NCBI GenBank assembly: GCA_050246815.1
Contig: JBFWVI010000051.1
Span: 1-19,972 of the forward strand
DNA length: 19,972 nucleotides
From: Bdellovibrionales bacterium
GTDB taxonomy: Bacteria > Bdellovibrionota > Bdellovibrionia > Bdellovibrionales > UBA1609
Reading direction: 5' to 3'
The translations under genes were made by a program, and so were the position numbers. The notes under the pieces are model-generated. The model was not told the origin of the DNA. It ran no database searches and saw nothing but the letters and a program-made list of their open reading frames with translations. The stretch's first letter is position 1, and each line of letters opens with the position of its first letter. Below are positions 13,998-19,972 of this stretch, piece after piece.

Positions 13998-15041
13998 ATG
14001 AAATCGATCAAAAAGACATTCGCAGTTTCTATGGTGGTGTTTAGCTTTAGTGCGACTCAAGCGACGTTTGCGCAAACCTATGGGGGGGGAACCACTCCCA
14101 CAAATTCAGGCGGCGGTGGACAAAGCGAGCAAAACACCAATAATCGCATGCCCCCACCCACCAGCGTGCCCAGCACCAATGCCAGTGCGGGCCAGGGCAA
14201 GTCTTCGCAATACCTAGGCGCAGGTATGAATGTCGCCTCCGGCGCGATGTTTGTCAGCATGGGCAATTCATGTTCTGGTTTTTGCGCTTGGTACTATGCC
14301 ATGGCGGCGATTTCCTTCGTGCAAGCCGCCCAGACGATTAAGGCGGCAAAACAATCGGGTCAAGTGTACAACGCTTCTTTGCAGATGCCCGATATGTACG
14401 AGCCCGGCGACACGGTCAATCCGGACGTCTTAACGCCCCAAGATCTAACGCCGGATCAATTGGCCGCGTATGAAGAATTGCAAGACAAAGGTTACGTCAA
14501 CAAAACAGGCGGCCTAGGCAAATACCCCAACGGCCAACCCATTAAACCCGGTGATTTCAACAGTGCCGAGAGCATGGCGGCAGCAGGCATGCCATCGGGC
14601 TCGATTGGTGACATCATGGGGGCAATTGCCAAGGTCAATGCCGAGGTCAGCAAAAAAATGGGCGACACGGCCAACGACCCCAATGTTGTGGCCATGGGCC
14701 TTGACTCGGGCGGCGGCGGTTATCGCGGGCCAGCCAGCGATAGCAGCGACAGCAATTTTGATGAGTACTTGAATAAGCTGCGCAACCCTTTTGGCATGAA
14801 CAGCCAGCAAAAGCAGCAGATGGTGGCGGGTAAAACCGTGGGCCATGGCGATGATCAAATCGGCGTGAAGGTGGACGACATCTTCCGCATGGTGCATCGT
14901 CGTTATCAAGAAAAGCGCGCCGGCGACGAGTTCATCGAGCCAGCCGTGGCAGCGGCCGCAGCCGCTGCGGGCAAGCCCGCGCCAGGAGCAGCTTCGGGCG
15001 CCGGCAAATCGAGTCTTGTGACACCTAAGCGTTCGCGCTAG
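13998..15041 (+). CDS. Secreted Gly/Ala-rich hypothetical protein with internal hydrophobic hairpin
   Basis: 17 bp after the previous gene, GGAG upstream, signal peptide ending TFA. YLGAGMNVASGAMFVSMG-NSCSGFC-AWYYAMAAISFVQAA, and C-terminal RGPAS...DDIFRMVHRRY. Overlaps the convergent murU-like gene by 17 nt. Confidence 0.85.
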   Translation: MKSIKKTFAVSMVVFSFSATQATFAQTYGGGTTPTNSGGGGQSEQNTNNRMPPPTSVPSTNASAGQGKSSQYLGAGMNVASGAMFVSMGNSCSGFCAWYYAMAAISFVQAAQTIKAAKQSGQVYNASLQMPDMYEPGDTVNPDVLTPQDLTPDQLAAYEELQDKGYVNKTGGLGKYPNGQPIKPGDFNSAESMAAAGMPSGSIGDIMGAIAKVNAEVSKKMGDTANDPNVVAMGLDSGGGGYRGPASDSSDSNFDEYLNKLRNPFGMNSQQKQQMVAGKTVGHGDDQIGVKVDDIFRMVHRRYQEKRAGDEFIEPAVAAAAAAAGKPAPGAASGAGKSSLVTPKRSR

Positions 15042-16044
15042 ATAAAATCAAATCATGCTGAACTTCAGCGGAGTCTTTTAAAGTGACTTCACCGCTGATC
15101 ACGCTGCGATTCACATGCACCTGACTGCCCAGCAGGGCCTGAGGCCCCACCACGGCGAAGCCAGTGACTTTTATTCGATCGGGCCAGGGCAGACTGCACA
15201 GCAAATAGCTGTCGCTTTTTTCGCCCATCGTCCGCCACCCCTTCCACCAGCCAGGAGTAAAACGGTCCAAGATTTGGATCAAGGTGCGTTGCGTGGGCGA
15301 GGGCGTGGCCAAAAGTTTCAAAGCTGCTTCAGTGGATGCCAAATAGTCTTTTAAATTTCCTGTTTCGTACCAGGCGGTGGCCGGCACAGTCAGAACTATG
15401 ACTTTGCCACCTTGATCTATTTTCTTTTGAAAGATGTCATAAAATAAATTCGAAGGTTGGGTGCTTAAGCCCTGCCACGCCAGGGGACTGACCACCATAA
15501 AGCCTGCAAAGTGCCAGGGTTTTAAATTCGGATCCGTTAAAGCGGTTTTTGAAAAACGTCGAACTTGGCCCTGTGTATCCGCGTACACGCCACCAAAACT
15601 TTCTTTGGCATTTGGGAAGGGGCACACAAGCAGGGTGGCCAAAGCACCGCTTTCGCGGTGGCGACGAAGCAAATCGGTAACAACTTGTGGGTTTTCATAA
15701 AGCGCGACCATGTCGGCGTTGGCAATAAGCAGGTCGTCTTTGGCCAGCTGGGGGTAAACCGACACGGCCTTGGCCAGGCCCCCACCACTACCCAAAATTT
15801 CGGGCTGCTCGGGCGAGAAAAGTACGCCGGCCCGTTTGCCGCACAATTGGCGAGCTGAGGATTCGATGGTGGCAGGTAGATGATGGGTGTTAAAGATGAA
15901 ATTTTTGACACCGGCTTTTTCCAAATAAAAAATTGGGTATCCCATCATGGGCACATTCAAAAAAGGAATCGCCGGCTTGGCGATCTTATCGGTGAAGGGC
16001 CTGAGTCTCTCACCGCGACCGGCGGCGAAGATCAGGGCATTCAT
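15025..16044 (-). CDS. murU: NDP-sugar pyrophosphorylase, probable MurU-like MurNAc-1-phosphate uridylyltransferase
   Basis: MNALIFAAGRGERLRPFTDKIAKP, NTHHL, EILGSGGGL, ANAD, WYETG. ATGA overlap with the amgK stop (16041-16044). Substrate is inferred from the amgK coupling. Confidence 0.7.
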   Translation of the reverse strand: MNALIFAAGRGERLRPFTDKIAKPAIPFLNVPMMGYPIFYLEKAGVKNFIFNTHHLPATIESSARQLCGKRAGVLFSPEQPEILGSGGGLAKAVSVYPQLAKDDLLIANADMVALYENPQVVTDLLRRHRESGALATLLVCPFPNAKESFGGVYADTQGQVRRFSKTALTDPNLKPWHFAGFMVVSPLAWQGLSTQPSNLFYDIFQKKIDQGGKVIVLTVPATAWYETGNLKDYLASTEAALKLLATPSPTQRTLIQILDRFTPGWWKGWRTMGEKSDSYLLCSLPWPDRIKVTGFAVVGPQALLGSQVHVNRSVISGEVTLKDSAEVQHDLILSSANA

Positions 16045-17087
16045 AGGTTTTCGTACTTGCGTTCCAGCAAGCCGTTGTCTTCGATGACTTTCAAGAAGTC
16101 GCTGTATTGTGGGAACGAGCCCAACATGGCGGCGACCTTGATTAAGGTGGGCTGGATGTACTTCAAATAGCGGCGGTCCGAGCGCAGGTTGTAGAAGCTG
16201 GCAAAACTGCCACAAGCCTTAAAACAGCGCTGCAGAAGCTGCAGGCGAAAGATCTCGTCAAAATGGTCACGGCTGAATTTGCCGGGCAAGTGGGGCTTGG
16301 CGCAATCCAGATAGTACTTTAATATTTCGCGTTGGGAATTTTCGCTCAAATTCACATAAGAATCATGCAGTAGGCTGACTAAATCGTATTGGATCGGGCC
16401 TAGGCGTGCGTCTTGAAAGTCGATCACCCTCATCTTGCCCAGTTTCATCATCAGATTGCGGGAGTGATAATCGCGATGGGCCAAATACTTGGGTTCGCGG
16501 TCTAAACGCTCGCAAATTTCTGTGAAGATTCTAGTGAGACTTTCTTGGGTTTTGGTATTCATGGGCAAAGCATTTAGTTTTTCTAAAACATGTTCGCGGC
16601 CGTAGTTCATCTCCCACATGAATTTTTTGGTGTCGAAGGCGACTTGAAACGCCGAACACTTCGGGTCTTCGTCTGCGGTCGCAAAAAAATGAATTTTGAT
16701 CAATTCGTCAATGGCTTGGCGATAAAAAGGTAAAACTAATTCCTGATTTTGGTTTTCCCAAAACTTGCGCTCTAAAGTCAAATCACCCAGATCCTCCAGC
16801 AAGACCAAACCGTGTTCGGATGAAAAGTCCACCACTTCCGGCACCTGCACCTGATGTTTTTGAAAATGCTTAAGCACGTTTAAAAAGGGAAAGGTGTCGG
16901 GATTGGGAAAGGGCTCCCAGCTCATTAAAACCCAAGACTTGTCGGCAAAGACGATGCGGTAATAGCGGCGGCTGCTGGCGTCGCCGGCCAAAGGCACCAC
17001 AGCAAAATCATCAGAGTCGAAGTGTTTCGACAAAAATGCGATGGCGTCGTCGTTTAAAGTTTGGCGCAAAATTTCAAGTCGCGTCAT
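16041..17087 (-). CDS. amgK: APH-fold anomeric MurNAc/GlcNAc kinase AmgK
   Basis: LAGDASSRRYYR, LLEDLGD, HRDYHSRNLM and IDFQDARLGPIQYDLVSLL match the AmgK-type subfamily; coupled to a nucleotidyltransferase. Confidence 0.82.
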   Translation of the reverse strand: MTRLEILRQTLNDDAIAFLSKHFDSDDFAVVPLAGDASSRRYYRIVFADKSWVLMSWEPFPNPDTFPFLNVLKHFQKHQVQVPEVVDFSSEHGLVLLEDLGDLTLERKFWENQNQELVLPFYRQAIDELIKIHFFATADEDPKCSAFQVAFDTKKFMWEMNYGREHVLEKLNALPMNTKTQESLTRIFTEICERLDREPKYLAHRDYHSRNLMMKLGKMRVIDFQDARLGPIQYDLVSLLHDSYVNLSENSQREILKYYLDCAKPHLPGKFSRDHFDEIFRLQLLQRCFKACGSFASFYNLRSDRRYLKYIQPTLIKVAAMLGSFPQYSDFLKVIEDNGLLERKYENL

Positions 17088-17144
17088 AGCCCACCCATCA
17101 GATTATGCTGACAAACGTGCGGCCAAAATGCAACAGCTTATGGG

Positions 17145-18029
17145 TTAGATCAGGCGGCCCTTATGATTGTCCCGAATCAAACTGCCAAAGAAAAATTCGA
17201 TGATACCTTCGCGGCGGTATTCGCAAAACGGGCGATCCATTTTCAAATAACACACACTTAGAAAGTGCAACAGATCCATAGTGAGCGCGCCTGATTGGCG
17301 CAAGTCCGAATAGGGGTGCAACGTGCCGGCCACGATCTGCGCCTGTTCAACACTAGGGTGCAGGCGTAAATACTCGGTCAGAGCGATTTGCTGATCCAAA
17401 GTCAGGGTGGTGATATCAGGCACATACAAGGTCACAGGGCCAAGACCTTTCAGATCGCTGGCTTTATTCCAATTCAAATCGCTCAAATAGACAAAAGCAT
17501 AACGGCCCGAGAGTTCGTGCAGCTCTAGCGCCAAGCGCTTCAAATCGTCTTGGCTGGGGCCCTCAAGCAGGCAGGGCAGGGCAAAACCAATGCGGGCACG
17601 GCGTCGCAGCCTGGGTGTTACTATGGGGTCCTGCGGGTCGACAAGTGGACGACGTAGCGGGATCACATTGCCGCCGCCGCCGGCTTCCACTGCGTTGCGA
17701 TTCAGTTGATGCTCGATTTGGTCTAGTAGTTCCAATTGATCAGTCAGGGCCACGGCGGCATCCAGATAAAGCTCCACGAACTCCGAAAGTTCGACAGAAA
17801 GTTCATCTAAGCGTTTAGTGACCCCTGTCACAACTGCACAACCGACCAATTGATAGTCACTGAAAACGGGGAACAGCCATTGATCTTCTTGCTGCAAGGG
17901 GGCCTGGCGAAGCAACTGGTCACGCAGTTCGCGTTGATGCGAACTTAACTTTTGATAGCTCAATTGGGCACCAAAACGGACCCGCAAAAGTTGACTCAGT
18001 TTTTCGATCATGGCGTTCACGGAAGACAT
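17145..18029 (-). CDS. Degenerate sigma54-activator-like protein (sensor remnant plus inactive AAA+, no HTH)
   Basis: By-eye alignment to the neighbouring activator: PCLLEG/TVLIQG, LALELHELSGRYAFV/IAKAIHYNSNRKDKTFV, TLYVPDI/TFFLDEI, QIVAGT/RIIAAT, DLLHFLSV/DLYYRLNV. The ORF is intact. Confidence 0.7.
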   Translation of the reverse strand: MSSVNAMIEKLSQLLRVRFGAQLSYQKLSSHQRELRDQLLRQAPLQQEDQWLFPVFSDYQLVGCAVVTGVTKRLDELSVELSEFVELYLDAAVALTDQLELLDQIEHQLNRNAVEAGGGGNVIPLRRPLVDPQDPIVTPRLRRRARIGFALPCLLEGPSQDDLKRLALELHELSGRYAFVYLSDLNWNKASDLKGLGPVTLYVPDITTLTLDQQIALTEYLRLHPSVEQAQIVAGTLHPYSDLRQSGALTMDLLHFLSVCYLKMDRPFCEYRREGIIEFFFGSLIRDNHKGRLI

Positions 18030-18041
18030 GGCCTTCCCTTA

Positions 18042-18057
18042 GGCAAGACCCGTGCCG
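18042..18057 (-). promoter_or_regulatory. sigma54 (-24/-12) promoter
   Basis: Minus strand CGGCACGGGTCTTGCC versus consensus TGGCACG-N4-TTGCW; GG at 18056-18055 and GC at 18044-18043 with canonical spacing. Confidence 0.65.
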
Positions 18058-18174
18058 ATAGGCACAAAGGATTCAACGTCTGTCTAGAAGACACTGGGGC
18101 CTATGTTTCCGGGAAAAATATTCTGATTCGTTGGCTATTTGGCCGACTTCGGCCTTGTGTAGAGAGTGCAGGGT

Positions 18175-18193
18175 GTGTCGAACACCCTGACAC
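18175..18193. promoter_or_regulatory. Candidate enhancer (UAS) inverted repeat GTGTC-N9-GACAC
   Basis: About 120 bp upstream of the -24 element. A similar TGTCGA-N6-TCACA lies at 19942-19958. Confidence 0.4.
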
Positions 18194-18208
18194 TCGCAGA
18201 CTGCGGAA

Positions 18209-19789
18209 TTATTTTAACATCTTGCGTTTATCGAGGCCGTACTTTTCAACTTTCATGATCAAGCCGGCGCGGCTGATGCCCAGTTCTTTGGCAAGCTTGG
18301 ATTTATTCCATCCTGTGCGCCGCAAACCTTCCTTGATCATTTCGCGTTCTAAATCCTCAAGCGCGTCTTTTAACTTGCCATGGACTCGGGCGCCTTGAAT
18401 CTTGCCCTTTTCGCTGGCCTCTAAGATCTTGGGTGACAGCATGTCGGCGGTAACTTTGGTCTCGCTGCCCGAAAGTACCACTAGGCGCTCCATTTCGTTT
18501 TGCAGTTCCCGCACGTTGCCTGGCCATGCATAATCGTAAAGCTTTTCAAGAGCACGCTTGGTCAAAATCTTGCGGGCTTCCGATAGTGCGGGGGCACCGG
18601 CCTGCGGCGTTTGCGCATTTTGTGCCTTGGTCAAAAAGAATTCCGCCAAAAGCGGGATGTCTTCTTTGCGCTCGCGAAGCGGGGGAACGCGGATGTTGAT
18701 CACATTGAGGCGGTAGTACAAGTCTTCACGGAAGGTGCCTTGTTCGACCATTTCTTTTAAATTGCGGTTGGTTGCCGCAATGATGCGCACATCCACTCGT
18801 TTGTGTTCAAGGGCGCCAACGGGAATGAAGGTGCCCTCTTGTAAAACGCGCAGCAGTTTCACTTGCATGGTCGGCGAGGTGTCGCCGATTTCATCAAGGA
18901 AGAAAGTGCCTTTGTCGGCGATTTCAAATAGGCCCTTTTTGTCGCGCACGGCGCCTGTGAACGAACCTTTGGTATGGCCGAATAGCTCGGATTCCAGCAA
19001 GTTGTCGTTAAAAGCCGAGCAGTTTTGAATCACGAATGTTTTGTCTTTGCGATTCGAGTTGTAGTGAATGGCTTTCGCGATCAATTCTTTACCGGTTCCG
19101 TTGTCCCCTTGAATCAAAACCGTGCTGTCGGCCGTTTTGATTTTATCTAGCAGCCCGTAGAGGTTTTGCATGGGCTTGGACTTGCCGATCATGTTGTCGT
19201 ACTTGTAGCGGCTGCCCAGCTCTTTATTTAATTCTTTGATGCGGTTTTCGCGTGAAGTGATTTCAAGGTGCAACGTCACCACTTCTTGGGCGACCAGTTC
19301 CACCAGGTCCAAAAAGTGTTCGCGGTCTTGGTCTTCGACGTATTTCACTCGACCCAAGGCTTGTGAAATCAAGTCGGCCGAAGCACCAAAGATGGCCATT
19401 CGCTCGCGGATTTCGTTCAAGCGGGCCGGTGCGTTGGCGTCTTTTAAAAAGCCCAAGGCGACGGCGGTGCCCATGCAATCGTTTTCGATCATGATCGGAA
19501 CGATGGCGATGTCGAAGCCGGCGGTGTCCCACTTGCGGATCGCGTAGCGATTCGAAGAGGCGCGTAGCTCTTCCATGGACTTTTGTACAGTTTCAGCCAG
19601 CGAGTCAATCGCGGTTTCTTTCGACAAGAAGGTCGCGACGGCCGGATTGATAAACTTTCCATTCTTGCTGTCGCCGCGAATCATCCCACGTTCATCTGTA
19701 AAGATGACGTCGATATTCCACCAAGAACTCAGAATCTGTTTGAGCTTCTTGATCACATGTATATGTTCAAACTCATCCCAATTGATCAT
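18209..19789 (-). CDS. sigma54-dependent enhancer-binding protein with N-terminal PocR/GAF-like sensor
   Basis: Walker A GDNGTGKE, ESELFGHTKGSFTGA, Walker B FFLDEIGD, FREDLYYRLNV, WPGNVRELQN, Fis-type HTH (WNKSKLAKELGISRAGL). Start moved to ATG 19789 (AGGGGAAGG upstream). Confidence 0.95.
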   Translation of the reverse strand: MINWDEFEHIHVIKKLKQILSSWWNIDVIFTDERGMIRGDSKNGKFINPAVATFLSKETAIDSLAETVQKSMEELRASSNRYAIRKWDTAGFDIAIVPIMIENDCMGTAVALGFLKDANAPARLNEIRERMAIFGASADLISQALGRVKYVEDQDREHFLDLVELVAQEVVTLHLEITSRENRIKELNKELGSRYKYDNMIGKSKPMQNLYGLLDKIKTADSTVLIQGDNGTGKELIAKAIHYNSNRKDKTFVIQNCSAFNDNLLESELFGHTKGSFTGAVRDKKGLFEIADKGTFFLDEIGDTSPTMQVKLLRVLQEGTFIPVGALEHKRVDVRIIAATNRNLKEMVEQGTFREDLYYRLNVINIRVPPLRERKEDIPLLAEFFLTKAQNAQTPQAGAPALSEARKILTKRALEKLYDYAWPGNVRELQNEMERLVVLSGSETKVTADMLSPKILEASEKGKIQGARVHGKLKDALEDLEREMIKEGLRRTGWNKSKLAKELGISRAGLIMKVEKYGLDKRKMLK

Positions 19790-19841
19790 CTTTGACCTTC
19801 CCCTAATTACGTTTGACCTTGTCCAAGCATTAGACGATTTC

Positions 19842-19869
19842 TTATCGACATGACTGCGGGGGCACTTGA
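19842..19869 (-). promoter_or_regulatory. Putative sigma28 (FliA)-type promoter of the sigma54 activator
   Basis: Minus strand TCAAG (19869-19865)-N16-TCGATAA (19848-19842), 52 nt before ATG 19789. Confidence 0.55.
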
Positions 19870-19876
19870 GCACAGA

Positions 19877-19891
19877 GACTAAATTTTAGTC
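19877..19891. promoter_or_regulatory. Palindrome GACTAAA-T-TTTAGTC just upstream of the sigma28 -35
   Basis: Perfect 7-bp arms read directly; function unknown. Confidence 0.35.
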
Positions 19892-19926
19892 AGTTTAAGC
19901 CGCAACTTGTGCGGATCACTGGCGAT

Positions 19927-19941
19927 TCTCATGATGAGACA
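19927..19941. promoter_or_regulatory. Palindromic motif TCTCA-N3-TGAGACA (copy 2)
   Basis: TCTCA-TGA-TGAGACA matches copy 1 (12240-12254) at 13 of 15 positions. Confidence 0.4.
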
Positions 19942-19972
19942 TGTCGAGAGAAGTCACATAAAATCACAACAC

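Noticed and set aside
13879..14647. Identical 14-mer GTCAATGCCGAGGT (VNAEV) in both secreted genes
   Set aside because: One 14-bp match is about what chance gives in 20 kb, and the positions are not equivalent in the two proteins.
16045..16215. 57-aa N-terminal extension of the nucleotidyltransferase ORF
   Set aside because: Overlaps amgK; the family N-terminus begins at ATG 16044 (ATGA coupling).
16041..17087. Aminoglycoside resistance gene
   Set aside because: APH fold, but the GDAS-R-Y-R and DFQDA motifs and coupling to a nucleotidyltransferase indicate the AmgK sugar kinase.
19790..19873. 28-aa N-terminal extension of the sigma54 activator
   Set aside because: Contains the SD and sigma28-like promoter; ATG 19789 is the better start.

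Overview
Gene-dense bacterial chromosomal window, most plausibly from a predatory Bdellovibrionota (Bdellovibrio-like) genome. This is inferred from gene content and protein style, not from a marker gene. No rRNA, tRNA, CRISPR array or mobile element was seen. From left to right: an M23 endopeptidase cut by the window edge (missed by the ORF track) overlaps head-to-head with a FadL/PorV-like beta-barrel gene. Next come an unannotated 42-aa very basic protein with its own promoter, SD and terminator, a Cys-rich secreted protein, TonB, a coupled cNMP-binding protein/AI-2E permease pair, a thioredoxin-TPR fusion, nagZ and a secreted hypothetical. On the + strand lie an orphan TadG-like pseudopilin and two secreted Gly-rich proteins sharing a C-terminal motif. 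A minus-strand block then encodes a PocR-like sigma54 activator, an apparently catalytically dead paralogue of it, amgK and a murU-like gene. The best leads are (i) the Tad pseudopilin plus secreted pair as a candidate prey-contact module, (ii) a putative sigma28 -> activator -> sigma54 -> pseudo-activator/amgK/murU cascade, and (iii) the small basic protein as a candidate lineage-specific ribosomal or nucleic-acid-binding protein. All functional proposals are inferences; no searches were run.
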